IMG/VR virus record: IMGVR_UViG_3300005532_000006
Coordinates: 26,868 to 90,867 of that record
Source of the DNA: a virus
Direction: 5' to 3' (one strand)
DNA length: 64,000 nt
A program made the translations under genes and the position numbers. The notes beneath the pieces were generated by a model. It saw only the letters and a list, made by a program, of their open reading frames with translations. It was not told the DNA's origin and ran no database searches. Positions 18,212 through 28,182 of the stretch are shown here, in pieces; positions within the stretch are counted from its first letter, which is position 1; every line of letters starts with the position of its first letter.

Positions 18212-18709
18212 CTAGTTGTTCAGGTTGACGTTCTCGGTGATGAACTTCATCACGTTGTTACCCGCAGTACCGGAGAACGTGAGCCCGGTGAAGTTGCCCA
18301 AGATCCACAGGAAGTTCCGCGGCGGCAGCAGGATCGCCGAGACGGATCCCATCATCTTCGTCAAGGCGGTGCCGCTCTCGATCGGGATGATCGCGGCCGG
18401 AGCCCAGGGCGGCGTGTAAGCAGCCTGGACGCCGGCGGTCAGCTGGCCGTCGCCGTAGGTCGTGCCGTCTTCCTGGAGCGGGGCAATCCATAGCGCGATA
18501 TAGGCACCGGCCGATGGCGTGGACGATGCGATCGTGATTTCGACCGACGCGTCGGCGAACATATCAAGGTTCGCGCCGTTCGCGATGGCCGCTCCAGAAG
18601 ACAGCACCACGTCGCCCGAAGGCAGGCTGGTCAGATCGGCGGCGCCGAAACCGCTGGTCCAGGTCAGGCCAGCGCCGTTCCCTGCTGTCCATGCGGTTCG
18701 ATTCGCCAT
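18212..18709 (-). CDS. hypothetical virion protein
   Basis: 165 aa beta-rich ORF in the late operon. Confidence 0.65.
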   Translation of the reverse strand: MANRTAWTAGNGAGLTWTSGFGAADLTSLPSGDVVLSSGAAIANGANLDMFADASVEITIASSTPSAGAYIALWIAPLQEDGTTYGDGQLTAGVQAAYTPPWAPAAIIPIESGTALTKMMGSVSAILLPPRNFLWILGNFTGLTFSGTAGNNVMKFITENVNLNN

Positions 18710-18712
18710 GAC

Positions 18713-19237
18713 TTAGGCCCCGTAAGTTCCCAGAGGGATGAGTCCAGCCGCTTCCAGGTCCATGATCGTGATCGGGTCCGCGTAGCCGTTAGCGACGCGC
18801 CACAGCACTGTCGTGTCCGCCATCGCGAGCAATGCCGTGACGTCGGCCGCAACAATCCCGCTGGCGCTATCCGCGGCGAGCGCGTTCAGAAAGTTCTCGA
18901 CCGCGGTACCAGTGGCCGGGTTCGACATCTGAAACGAGGTTATGCTCGGGGTCGAGAGCAGCGTCAGAAGCTCTTTTGCCGCGACCAGCGACTGCGGCTG
19001 CTGCCCGGTCCCGGCGACATAGGTCTGCAACCCCGTCAGTTTGCCCTGGAGGGCGAGATAGGCGATGACCGATCCGATCGGCACATCGACCTTCGATCCG
19101 GCCACGACCCATCCGTTAATGGCATCGGCCTTCTGCTGGTTCGTCATCGAACCAATGAGCGCTGTACCGGTGACCCCGGAAGGTGGCTGCGTCGATGAGT
19201 TCCACGCAGTCTTGAGGGCCGTGTAATCGCGCGGCAT
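18713..19237 (-). CDS. hypothetical phage protein
   Basis: TAATG coupling; MPRDYTALK.. Confidence 0.65.
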   Translation of the reverse strand: MPRDYTALKTAWNSSTQPPSGVTGTALIGSMTNQQKADAINGWVVAGSKVDVPIGSVIAYLALQGKLTGLQTYVAGTGQQPQSLVAAKELLTLLSTPSITSFQMSNPATGTAVENFLNALAADSASGIVAADVTALLAMADTTVLWRVANGYADPITIMDLEAAGLIPLGTYGA

Positions 19238-19902
19238 TAGTTGATCCGCAAGATCGCGCTTGACGAATTGTTGGTCGGCAGCACCAGGGTCAGGGTGCCG
19301 GCGGTGACCTTCTGCTCGCCGCCGAAGTCGCCGACATACACCGCGCGGCCCGCAGCGCCCGCTCGCGTCGAATTGTTGTAGAACATGCAGCCCTGGACAT
19401 CGAGGGTCGCCGAGGCCCAGGACGGGTTCGTGCTCCACGACCAGAACGCCGTGGTTCCCGAAGTCGCCGGGGTGGTGTTGGCGGTCAGCGTCTGGCCGCC
19501 GGCCGTGTATCCGGCACCGGTTGCCTCGTCAGAATTGCCGGTGATGTTCGAATAGTTCGTGGAGGCGGCGCCGTACGTGCCGGCACAGCCGTTCTTGATC
19601 AGCGCGACATTGAACGTGTCGCCGGCGCAGGTCAGCGTCGTGCCGCTGTTGGTCGCGGTCGCGGCCTGCGACAGGGTGAGGGTCGTCGAGGTCGGGAGGT
19701 CGGCGATGAACGTGTTCGCCGGGATGCCCGTGCCGGAAATCGCCATGCCGCGGCAGAGATTGGCCGGCGACGACAGCGACGTTACCCCGGTGCTCGTGTT
19801 CGTCGTGTTGCCCGTCGGGGTTTGCGACCCGGTAAAGCAGTGCATGCCTTGGGCAAGTTCCTGCTTGAAGCTGGTCGGGAAAGCGGTGGTCGTTCCGGCC
19901 AT
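19237..19902 (-). CDS. virion structural protein
   Basis: TSFKQELAQG.H, GDTFNVAL, GAGYTAGGQTL, DFGG motifs seen in phage structural proteins. Confidence 0.7.
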   Translation of the reverse strand: MAGTTTAFPTSFKQELAQGMHCFTGSQTPTGNTTNTSTGVTSLSSPANLCRGMAISGTGIPANTFIADLPTSTTLTLSQAATATNSGTTLTCAGDTFNVALIKNGCAGTYGAASTNYSNITGNSDEATGAGYTAGGQTLTANTTPATSGTTAFWSWSTNPSWASATLDVQGCMFYNNSTRAGAAGRAVYVGDFGGEQKVTAGTLTLVLPTNNSSSAILRIN

Positions 19903-20472
19903 TTACGCCTCCGCCGCAGAGGGATGGGCGCCCGGATGGCGCGCCGCCTTGAAGGCGAGGACGCTTGGGTGCCGTGGATCGTGGTCCGGGTTCGGAACGG
20001 CCCTACCGTCGGCAGCGATGTTGTGCCCGTTGGCGTGCCAGTCGCGCTCGATATCGACGACGGAGGAAAAGTCCATCAGCAATCGATCGCGCAGCATCGC
20101 CCGCACCTCTTCCTTGTCGAAGTGCGCGAACAGATCAGGATGAAGCTTGGCCTCATCCACGACAGCCTCAACGCACGCATCGACGTCGATGTGGTCGTGC
20201 ACCGCCGCGTGCGGCGCACCGTCGAGCCGGGCATGACCGTGCTCTGCCACTGCGGCGCGCTCTTTGTCCTGCACGGTTTGGTGATGGCTCTTCAGCACCT
20301 TGTAGAGATTGCGCTCCAGGTCGTCCCGGGCCTCGCGGATCTCGATCGCCTTGGCCAACGCGCTCTTCTCGTCGACCTCGATCAGGTGGTTGGCGATCAT
20401 CCAAGCCGTCATCCGCGCCCATTTTTCGGGCGGGTGCGGGCCGTAATCCGTGGTCAGGACGCCGACTTGCAT
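19903..20472 (-). CDS. hypothetical phage protein
   Basis: 189 aa; TDYGPHPPEKWA. Confidence 0.7.
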   Translation of the reverse strand: MQVGVLTTDYGPHPPEKWARMTAWMIANHLIEVDEKSALAKAIEIREARDDLERNLYKVLKSHHQTVQDKERAAVAEHGHARLDGAPHAAVHDHIDVDACVEAVVDEAKLHPDLFAHFDKEEVRAMLRDRLLMDFSSVVDIERDWHANGHNIAADGRAVPNPDHDPRHPSVLAFKAARHPGAHPSAAEA

Positions 20473-20481
20473 GGTCTGGCC

Positions 20482-21387
20482 TCAATTGGTGAAGGTGATC
20501 GAGGGTGCCGTACCGAGGGTGCTGTTGCCCATCTCGGTCTGGCTTTCCATGACGATGATCTCCGCCGCCGCTATCGTTTGCGTCGTGGCGTAGTCGCACT
20601 CGACCCCGATGATGCGGCGATAAAGGTTCGCCTTTTCCGGATCGTCGAGCCAGTGGTCGGCGCCCATCGTGATGCGCATGCCGGAGCCGTCGGCGAGGGT
20701 CACCCACTCGATGCAGCCGGCGGTGAATTGCGCACTCAGTGCCTGCCGGAGCGGGATGCCGATCTGGTCGCGCAAGGCGGGGGTCGGGGTCCACACGTGC
20801 AGGTCGACCATCTGCGCCTGGCGCGAGATTTCGCGGATCGCGGTGCCGGTCACGCCGATGCGGCCGATGATCGAAAACGCGGCCGGGATCGTGATGACCT
20901 CTCCCACTGCGGACGCGGGAGTGGCGGCGTTGATGAGAGCCGCGAGGGAAGCGGCGATGGTGTTCAGCGTATCGGATGGGGTCGTCTGGTAGACGAAGCC
21001 CTGATAGGCGGTGCCGAACCCGACGATGGCGGCGACGTTCTGAACAGCGCCGTTCGCTCCCGGCGCCGCGCCGCCGATGGTCAGCGTATCGCCCGCGACG
21101 GTGATCGTCAGCGTCGCGGTTGGGCGCGACAGTTCCTGCCACTTGGCTGGGTTGCGGGTGAGGTTCCGGAACCCGTTCGGGACTGGGTAGATCGAGATCA
21201 GCGCCTGTGGGTTGGCGGCGCTGTAGCTGGCGGCGATGCCGTTGAGGGTCGCTTCCGTGGGCCAGCCGTTGCCGATCGCAATCAGGGTGTTCGGCACGAC
21301 CGTCGAAAGACCGCCGCCGCTGGGGATGCCCAATGCCGTCAGCGCGATCGATTTGAGCGCGTTGCAGACATCGACGAGGTCTGCCAT
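20482..21387 (-). CDS. tail terminator / neck protein
   Basis: 301 aa; GWP, REISRQ..VWTPTPALRD; follows head-closure genes. Confidence 0.6.
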   Translation of the reverse strand: MADLVDVCNALKSIALTALGIPSGGGLSTVVPNTLIAIGNGWPTEATLNGIAASYSAANPQALISIYPVPNGFRNLTRNPAKWQELSRPTATLTITVAGDTLTIGGAAPGANGAVQNVAAIVGFGTAYQGFVYQTTPSDTLNTIAASLAALINAATPASAVGEVITIPAAFSIIGRIGVTGTAIREISRQAQMVDLHVWTPTPALRDQIGIPLRQALSAQFTAGCIEWVTLADGSGMRITMGADHWLDDPEKANLYRRIIGVECDYATTQTIAAAEIIVMESQTEMGNSTLGTAPSITFTN

Positions 21388-21402
21388 GCGCGCTCCGTCA
21401 CG

Positions 21403-21765
21403 TTACGCGGTCAGCAGCTCGGCCCGAATGTCGTAGCCGAGGGCGGTCCAGTAAGGCGCCTCGATCTGGTAGCGCAGCCCCTGATCGTCGGTCACGACAT
21501 CAGTTTGTCGAAGCGACCCGAGGGGAAGCGCAGGGGTGACCGGAAGAAAGATTTTCCACAGGGTGCGGCCCTCGGCATCCGAGGGGACGCGCGCATCGGG
21601 TCGGGTACCGTGCCGGTCGAACTGGATGCTCGCCGGGATGTTGCTGGCGATGACCGTCTCGTTGGCCTCTTCGAGGCCGAGATAGCCGGCGTCGCCCGAG
21701 GTCGTGGCAAGCGCCGGCCGGGTGATCGTGACGGTGCGGTCGTAGAGCGCCTGCGGGTCGGCCAC
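21403..21765 (-). CDS. head closure (stopper) protein
   Basis: RTVTITRP..DVVTDDQGLRYQI. Confidence 0.65.
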   Translation of the reverse strand: MADPQALYDRTVTITRPALATTSGDAGYLGLEEANETVIASNIPASIQFDRHGTRPDARVPSDAEGRTLWKIFLPVTPALPLGSLRQTDVVTDDQGLRYQIEAPYWTALGYDIRAELLTA

Positions 21766-22227
21766 TTATTCGACCTCGTCGATCTCGGCCTGGGTTTCCG
21801 GTCCTACGGGTGCCACCGGGAGAAAATCGTCCGTCATGCCGATGTTGAAGTTCGGCGGCACGCGATCGCTGTCCTGCGTCTGCTGCGCCTTGTCGGAAAT
21901 GCTGATGCCGCCGGCGTACGGCATGCCGCCCCCGCGGGCTGCCGCGAGGTTCTTGTATTCGGCGGCCATGGCGCGGTAGGCCTTTGCGCGCTGGCTGTAG
22001 GCGATTTTCGTTTGCCCCGCCGACTGATCGGCAAGCGAGGAGAATTTTGCGGCCACTTGGGAGCAGGCCATCGCGGCGGCGCCGTACACCGTCGGCACCT
22101 GCGTCAGATCGAATGCGATCTCTTCATCCTGCAGCAGCGGATTTGTCGAGTTGGTGTCGCCGATCAGCAGGCGCACTTGGTCTTTCTGCGACGAACCGAC
22201 CCCAACCGCATTGTAGGACCAAGTCAT
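21766..22227 (-). CDS. head-tail adaptor
   Basis: DQVRLLIGDT..LLQDEEI motif. Confidence 0.7.
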   Translation of the reverse strand: MTWSYNAVGVGSSQKDQVRLLIGDTNSTNPLLQDEEIAFDLTQVPTVYGAAAMACSQVAAKFSSLADQSAGQTKIAYSQRAKAYRAMAAEYKNLAAARGGGMPYAGGISISDKAQQTQDSDRVPPNFNIGMTDDFLPVAPVGPETQAEIDEVE

Positions 22228-24696
22228 CTACTGAAAATTCCCGATGACGCAAAGCTGGCCGGCCGCGCCATTGCCGCCGGCACCACCGGTCGCGCTGTAG
22301 CCGCCGGCTCCGCCGCCGCCGCCGTAATTCCCGCCAACACCGCCGTTGCCGCCGGTCGCCGAGTTCTGCACGCCGCCGCCGCCGCCGCCGCCGCCGCCGG
22401 GGCTGATCGCCGTTGTGCCGCCGACACCATTGCCGCCAGCGCCACCGGTGCCGCCGGTCACCGCAGCCGTCGAGCCGCCGCCACCGCCGCCGCCCGATCC
22501 GTGCGAACCAGAACCGCCCGCGGTTGGGGAAGCGCCGCCGGTTCCGCCAGTGCCGCCCGCAGTGCTGTCCTGCGCCGCGCCGCCAGCCTGACCGTTGATG
22601 CCGCTGCCGGCCGTCCCGACGCTACCGCCATCGGATGCGCCGCCGCCAGCGCCGCCTTGATTGGAGCCGGATTGGGCACCGCCGGCCGCGCCCGCGCCAT
22701 GCGGACCGCCAGCACCGCCAGCACCGGCCGCGGCATAGCCGACCTGATCGTTGGTCCCGCCCGATCCGCCATTGTGGCCGGTCGTTCCGGTGCCGCCGGA
22801 ACCGCCAGATCCCGCAGCGCCTGCCGCTGTCCCGCCGCCGCCGCCATTGGCGACAACGACGGTGCTGTCCCATGTCGTTGCGCCGCCAGCCGTCCCGTTC
22901 CCGGACGGGGCTCCCCCAGCCCCGCCGCTGCCGATGACGATGGCCTTGCTGGTGCCTGAGGCATACGCGAGCGACGCGGCGCGGTACTCGCCGCCGCCGC
23001 CCGGCCCGCCGATAGAAACGCCGCCGTTCGAGCCGGCTCCGCCGCCGCCGCCGCCAATCGCCTCGACGGTGATGTTCGAGCCGTCGCTGTTCTTGTTGAA
23101 CGTCGCCGAGGAGGTAAAGCACACCGTCTGGCGCGTGTAGCCGAGGAAAGGACCGCCGCCGCCGAACAGGGAGATCATGCCGCCGCTCGACAGCGGGGTG
23201 CCGCCGCTTGCGAACTCGACCGCGCCCATCGCCGTTGGGCTGCTGCGCGTCGTGCCGAAGAAATCGACGCTCGGTGCCGCGAACCCGCCCGCTGCGCCAA
23301 TCGCCGGCGATCCTGCCTGAAGATGGAAATTCGCCACGCTGGTGAAGCCGGGGCTGGTCAGCTTCGGGTCGCCGGTAATGTCGTTCGCGCCCGTGACCGC
23401 TGCGCCCGCCCCCTGGAAACGGTCGTTGTAATTGCCGCCGAGAGTGCCGGTCCCGAGCGAACCTATCGTGTAATTGTCGGTAGTGTTCTTCGAATAAAGG
23501 ATATTCGCGAAGTAGCGGGCCGAGTTGTTGTTGCTGTCCACTTCGCCGTTGGCCGAGCACGGCGCGGCGCAGCCGGATTGCAGCGCGCCCGTCCCGTTCG
23601 GCGACTGCTGGTTCTCATAGACCGTATTGTAGACGAGATCGCAGGCGGCGGGCGCGCCGGATACCGCCGTCACGTTGATGCAGTGCGCCCCGTCGCCGGA
23701 GTTTCCGGTCAGGATGTTGTTCATGATCAGGACCGACCCGGTATAGGTCGAGGTCCCGCCGATGATGATGCCGTTGCCATCCGAACGATGGCCGGTCTGC
23801 GTCTCGGTGACCTGCTCGTTGTTGTTGTACGACCAGTTGCCGACGACGCAGATGTGATAGAGGTTGCCCGACGTATCGTCCGGGCAGGTCATGCCGGGAC
23901 TGCTGTCGAGCGCCAAGGGGAGAGATGAAATCCCGGAGCCGCCTGCCGGCGAATAGTAGGCGTTGTCGTGCGCCGCGTTGTAGGCGTAGATCAGGTAGTC
24001 CTGCGGCGCGCCACCACCGTTGGACGCTCCCTCGATGCCCGAGGAGCCGTGAAAGTAGACCTCGACCCCTTCAACCGTGATGTGGTGCCCGTAGGCGCCA
24101 ACGGCGTTGCCGTTGCAGATGAAGGCCGAGGGGTTGGCGACGCACGCCGCGAGATTGTCGGCATAGCCGCCGCCGAGGATCGTATTCGCCTGATCGTCGC
24201 CGCCGTAGATTTTCCAGCAGCTCGACACGCAGGTCGGGCCGTGCAGCGGGTTGCCGAGGATCGAGATATAATTCACGCCCTCGACTTCTATGCCGTAGAA
24301 GAGGACGTGGTTGTTGCTGGCGCTCGGGCCGTTGAGGCGGGAAATCGTGACGACGTTGCCGCCGGCACAGCCATCGGCGGCGCGTACGGAAAGCTTGATC
24401 GGGTTGCCGGATGTCCCGCTTGGCGAGCCTGAGCTGCCGCCGAAATGCACGACGCGCTGATCCGAAGCCCCGCCGGTCTGGCCGTTTTCGAACGTCCCGT
24501 CATACGTCGCGGTGTCATCGACGCACACCGTATCGCCCGCGACCGCGGCCGAGATGCCTTTCCAGATGTGTTGGAACGGGCTTCCGGAGGTGCCGGGGTT
24601 GCTGTCGGAGCCGGTCTGCTGGACGTGGTAGACCGTCGCCCAGGCCGGGCTCGACACCAGCGCGAAGAGCGCGGCGGCGAGAACGATGCGCCGCAT
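22228..24696 (-). CDS. parallel beta-helix (pectin lyase-like) protein with signal peptide and Gly-rich C-terminus
   Basis: MRRIVLAAALFALVSSPAWA; TVYHVQQTGSDSNPGT..PFQHI..A.AGDTV; Asn ladders; poly-Gly tail. Confidence 0.7.
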   Translation of the reverse strand: MRRIVLAAALFALVSSPAWATVYHVQQTGSDSNPGTSGSPFQHIWKGISAAVAGDTVCVDDTATYDGTFENGQTGGASDQRVVHFGGSSGSPSGTSGNPIKLSVRAADGCAGGNVVTISRLNGPSASNNHVLFYGIEVEGVNYISILGNPLHGPTCVSSCWKIYGGDDQANTILGGGYADNLAACVANPSAFICNGNAVGAYGHHITVEGVEVYFHGSSGIEGASNGGGAPQDYLIYAYNAAHDNAYYSPAGGSGISSLPLALDSSPGMTCPDDTSGNLYHICVVGNWSYNNNEQVTETQTGHRSDGNGIIIGGTSTYTGSVLIMNNILTGNSGDGAHCINVTAVSGAPAACDLVYNTVYENQQSPNGTGALQSGCAAPCSANGEVDSNNNSARYFANILYSKNTTDNYTIGSLGTGTLGGNYNDRFQGAGAAVTGANDITGDPKLTSPGFTSVANFHLQAGSPAIGAAGGFAAPSVDFFGTTRSSPTAMGAVEFASGGTPLSSGGMISLFGGGGPFLGYTRQTVCFTSSATFNKNSDGSNITVEAIGGGGGGAGSNGGVSIGGPGGGGEYRAASLAYASGTSKAIVIGSGGAGGAPSGNGTAGGATTWDSTVVVANGGGGGTAAGAAGSGGSGGTGTTGHNGGSGGTNDQVGYAAAGAGGAGGPHGAGAAGGAQSGSNQGGAGGGASDGGSVGTAGSGINGQAGGAAQDSTAGGTGGTGGASPTAGGSGSHGSGGGGGGGSTAAVTGGTGGAGGNGVGGTTAISPGGGGGGGGGVQNSATGGNGGVGGNYGGGGGAGGYSATGGAGGNGAAGQLCVIGNFQ

Positions 24697-25409
24697 CAGT
24701 TGACCGTCCAGGAGCCGGTCAGGGCGCCGATCTGGTAGTGCGTTGCGTCGCGGCCGGTGAGGCAAACCCGGTCACCCAGGGCACCGGCGCTGACCATCGT
24801 ACCGGTGCCGGCAGTTCCGTAGCCGGAGTGGTCGGTCTTTTCGTACGCATCGCTGCCGCCGAGCGCGGCCAAAGTGATGGCGGTTGAAACCCCGGTGTCG
24901 TTGTAGACGCAATATTCGGCGGCGGCCGCCGGGGTCGGCAGGGTGATCGTGCAGGCCCCGGTGCAGACGAAATACGCGGCGGTGCCCGAGAGGGTGTGAG
25001 CGCCGGAGCCGGCCGAGAGAGTCGGAGCGCTGCCGCCTCCGGCCGGCGCGGCCCAGGTTCCGTCGGCGCGCAGGTAATTCGTGGTGCCGCCGCCCGAGGC
25101 TGGGACAAGGCCCTGGAGAGAAGATGAGAACTGGTTCAGGGCTGCGGTGAGCACCGCCGCGGTCAACGATCCGCCAAGGCCGACGGCTTGGCCGGCGATC
25201 GTCAGCGAGTTCGCAAGACCGCCAAAGCTTCCGGCGTTGTTGTATTGAATCTGGCCGTTGGTGCCGCCCGGCGGGGTCGATCCGCCACCGCCGCCGCTGC
25301 TGCCACCGCCAATGTCGGCCCAAGCCGTTCCGGCCAATAGGCCGAGCGTGAACGCTCCTGCTGCAGCGCGTCTCGCGATGGCGGCGATCCGTGTTCCGAG
25401 CGGCGTCAT
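24696..25409 (-). CDS. fibre-like protein with signal-peptide-like N-terminus
   Basis: ..LGLLAGTAWA-D; PGGTNGQIQYNNAGSFGG and GLVPASGGGTTNYLRADGTW fibre motifs. Confidence 0.65.
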   Translation of the reverse strand: MTPLGTRIAAIARRAAAGAFTLGLLAGTAWADIGGGSSGGGGGSTPPGGTNGQIQYNNAGSFGGLANSLTIAGQAVGLGGSLTAAVLTAALNQFSSSLQGLVPASGGGTTNYLRADGTWAAPAGGGSAPTLSAGSGAHTLSGTAAYFVCTGACTITLPTPAAAAEYCVYNDTGVSTAITLAALGGSDAYEKTDHSGYGTAGTGTMVSAGALGDRVCLTGRDATHYQIGALTGSWTVN

Positions 25410-25414
25410 CGGGA

Positions 25415-25825
25415 TCACCAGGAGTGCGCGCCGACGAAGCTGCCGGCCGTCCCAAAAACGCGAATCCGCCCGGTATGCGGCATCCCGGCCATATCCATCC
25501 ATGAGCCGATGCCGTTCAGACCCAAGGGCAAGATCGTGCATTTTCCGGGGGTACAGTTCGTTCCCGTGTCTGTTCCGTCATCCAGCGTCACGTAGTAGGC
25601 GACGCTCGACGAGACGACGATGAGGTAACCGAGCCGGTGGCCACCAGCGGCTGGGATTGTCGTCAGCAACGTCAGCCCGGAAAGCGATGGCGGGTTGACG
25701 CTGTAGTCCGAGCCGTTGATGCCGGACGCGTATTCCGGTTGCACGGCCGCCGCATTCGCGACAGATGCAACCAGCAATATCGAGGCGAGGACCAGGAGAA
25801 GGCGAGACAGCCAGGCGCGCATCAT
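25415..25825 (-). CDS. hypothetical protein with signal peptide
   Basis: MMRAWLSRLLLVLASILLVASVANA-A. Confidence 0.6.
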   Translation of the reverse strand: MMRAWLSRLLLVLASILLVASVANAAAVQPEYASGINGSDYSVNPPSLSGLTLLTTIPAAGGHRLGYLIVVSSSVAYYVTLDDGTDTGTNCTPGKCTILPLGLNGIGSWMDMAGMPHTGRIRVFGTAGSFVGAHSW

Positions 25826-25899
25826 CGCCCTCCACGCAGGAACAGCACGAACAGGATGAGAAGGCCGCCGGCGACCAGAGCGGTCGCGAGGGCCTCCAT
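25822..25899 (-). CDS. 25-aa membrane peptide
   Basis: MEALATALVAGGLLILFVLFLRGGR; ATGA overlap with the next gene. Confidence 0.4.
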   Translation of the reverse strand: MEALATALVAGGLLILFVLFLRGGR

Positions 25900-25917
25900 C
25901 AGTGCAATCAGGACCGT

Positions 25918-26460
25918 CTAGTCCGAAGCTACGACGTACCAGCCGTTGAGGGTCACATCGTTCGCCGCCGCCGTCCCGGTCTGGCCGGTGACCTTGAGCG
26001 TAATGGCCGACGTATCGGTTTCGGTGCCGCTCTGGTTGACGACGCCGCCATGCGTGGCTCCGGTGATCAGCTGGCCGCTGATGACCTGCGAGTTGGCGCC
26101 GGCTTTGGCGATGACCATTTCGAGGGCCCAGCCGACATTGGCGCCGGTCTGCGCGCCGGTCGAAACGACCTCCGACCCGAAATACAGCTTCGCGGTCTTC
26201 GAGTGCGCGTTGTTGGCGAGCATGCCCCACGCGTAGATGTAGAGCATGCGGCCGACGACATCGAGGGAATTGGCCGGCAGCGAGAAGCTGTCGAGCGTGT
26301 CTTCGGTCGTGTCGTTGCCATTGCCGAGGCCGGCCGCGGACAGCTTCGAATAGATGTTGCCGGATGCGCCGAACGTCGCGCCGGACTTGCCGAACTGGAA
26401 CAGGCTTCCGGCAGGAACGAGGATCTTGCCCTTGAAGCGCTGGATGAAGCCATTAGCCAT
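25918..26460 (-). CDS. putative head decoration/fibre protein
   Basis: 180 aa beta-rich protein near the capsid gene. Confidence 0.6.
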   Translation of the reverse strand: MANGFIQRFKGKILVPAGSLFQFGKSGATFGASGNIYSKLSAAGLGNGNDTTEDTLDSFSLPANSLDVVGRMLYIYAWGMLANNAHSKTAKLYFGSEVVSTGAQTGANVGWALEMVIAKAGANSQVISGQLITGATHGGVVNQSGTETDTSAITLKVTGQTGTAAANDVTLNGWYVVASD

Positions 26461-26516
26461 GGGTGATGTTCCTTCTCAGGGACGGCCGGCGTCATCCCGA
26501 CGCGGGCATTGTAATT

Positions 26517-26873
26517 TCAGCCGGCCGCCAGCGCCTGCGCCGCTTCGCGCGTCATCGGCTCGGCGGTGATCCGCCAGCCTTCGACCACACCGAATTCGCC
26601 CTTGCCGAGCGACACGACGAACTTCCGCGCCGGGCCTCGGTTCTCTGCCGGATCGGGATCCCGCGGGAATGGCGCGATATAGCGGTTGTTGACCAGCGCC
26701 CGCAGGTTCGACGCCGGAATAGCGAGCAGCGTCTCGCGCGGCAGGCGGTCGCCCTTGCGGAAGGTTTGGGCGCCGACCGTGAAGGGCCGGAAGACTTGCG
26801 CGCCGCCCATCTCTGCGGCATCGACGATGCCGATCAGGCGCGGGGGCGAAAACGGGACGCGGGCGGCTTCCAT
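26517..26873 (-). CDS. hypothetical phage protein
   Basis: VFRPFTVG..KGD..NLRALVNNRYI; start uncertain. Confidence 0.55.
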   Translation of the reverse strand: MEAARVPFSPPRLIGIVDAAEMGGAQVFRPFTVGAQTFRKGDRLPRETLLAIPASNLRALVNNRYIAPFPRDPDPAENRGPARKFVVSLGKGEFGVVEGWRITAEPMTREAAQALAAG

Positions 26874-26939
26874 TTTTTGGACTTCCTCTGATCGAAAGAT
26901 GGTGGGCGGGGCCGATTGGTCCCGGCCGCACTGGTGGCT

Positions 26940-26959
26940 CCCCCCGCCGGAGCGGGGGG
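26940..26959. terminator. hairpin downstream of the capsid gene
   Basis: CCCCCCGC-CGGA-GCGGGGGG; no clear U tract. Confidence 0.45.
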
Positions 26960-26983
26960 CCGTCACTCAGGGGTTCGCGGCGG

Positions 26984-27979
26984 CTACTGGACGATGCCGC
27001 TGAAGAAGTAGCCGAGGTCGCTCCCGACCACCTGCATGTCGAAGGACATTTCGCCCTCGATGCGCACGGTGTTGTTGCCGCGCCACGGCATCGGGATTTC
27101 CAGGATGCGGACGCCCATGTTGTTGAGGCCGGTGTAGCCTTCCCACGGGAAGATGTAGCCGGCCGAGGCGACCATCAGGCCCGGCGCATCGGCGCGGTGG
27201 CAGAGCAATGCGCTCTTGCCCATCGTGAAGCTGTAGGACCCGGCGATGCCTTCCGATGCGGTGTTGTAGACCGCCTTCGAGACCAGCACCTCCTCCACGT
27301 CGAACGCCGCGGCGAGCAGCTGCGGGGTGATCGACTTGGCGTCCGCCTGCATCGTGTACTTGATGCGGTCGACGACGAGCGGGTGCTTGCGCAGCGCCGC
27401 ATACACCGGATAGGACAGCACGAGGATGTTGGCCTCGTGGCCGGTGTTCTGCAGGATCGTGCTCTGGCCGACTTCGACATCGGTGAACGGATCGCCGCCG
27501 GCATCGTCGTTCCAGAAGGCCGGGGTCGTGGTGCCCGGCGTGCCGCCGGCGGTGCCGGTGTTGTCCGTGCCCCAGACGCCGGTCGTCATGTACTTCGCCA
27601 TGAAGAACCGCTCGCGGCGGATCAGCAGGCGCTGCATGACAAACTTCGTGGCGGCGACATCGATGTCGAGCGCCGGATCGGCGTTGCGGCGGGTCTGGTC
27701 GCCGATGTCCTTGTGGAACGCCCACACGGAGGCCGAATAGCTATTGGTCGAAAGCGTGAAGCCGCCGCCGGCCGACTCCTCGGCGTCGGCGCGCAACTGC
27801 GCTTCGTCACGGAAGTAATCGTCCTTCGAGAAGACGAAATACTTGTCGGACTGATGCACGACCGGCACGGTCGGGAACACCTTGTCGGCGACGTAGTGGG
27901 CCTCGTCCTGGAGGTACGCGACCGAGATGTCGGTCAGGGCCGCGTTGACATGGACGTCCGAGTTTGAAGGTTGCGGCAT
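26984..27979 (-). CDS. major capsid protein
   Basis: 331 aa; DVHVNAALTDISVAY..ADKVFPTVPV..DLGYFF. Confidence 0.9.
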   Translation of the reverse strand: MPQPSNSDVHVNAALTDISVAYLQDEAHYVADKVFPTVPVVHQSDKYFVFSKDDYFRDEAQLRADAEESAGGGFTLSTNSYSASVWAFHKDIGDQTRRNADPALDIDVAATKFVMQRLLIRRERFFMAKYMTTGVWGTDNTGTAGGTPGTTTPAFWNDDAGGDPFTDVEVGQSTILQNTGHEANILVLSYPVYAALRKHPLVVDRIKYTMQADAKSITPQLLAAAFDVEEVLVSKAVYNTASEGIAGSYSFTMGKSALLCHRADAPGLMVASAGYIFPWEGYTGLNNMGVRILEIPMPWRGNNTVRIEGEMSFDMQVVGSDLGYFFSGIVQ

Positions 27980-28182
27980 AGTGCCATCTCCATCAATGGG
28001 ATCGCGCGCCTCTCGGCGGGCTTTTCCGCAGGGTTTACGTGGACAGCAGCCGCACGCGGCCCGCGATCCTTCGGAGACGAAGGGGCGGCGGTCTCACGAC
28101 CCTGCGGCGGTGGGCCTTGCCCAAGGGCCAGACGGGGCAAGGCCGGCACCCGAGGGCACCGGCCTATGGAGTGAGCGGCCGA

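Noticed and set aside
19822-22959. 1045-aa plus-strand ORF and similar long antisense ORFs (468-2081, 13288-14487, 16532-17557)
   Set aside because: Shadow frames of high-GC minus-strand structural genes; no recognisable motifs.
22228-23060. Dense GGC/GCC repeats resembling the GGC array
   Set aside because: 3-nt periodic and explained by poly-Gly coding.
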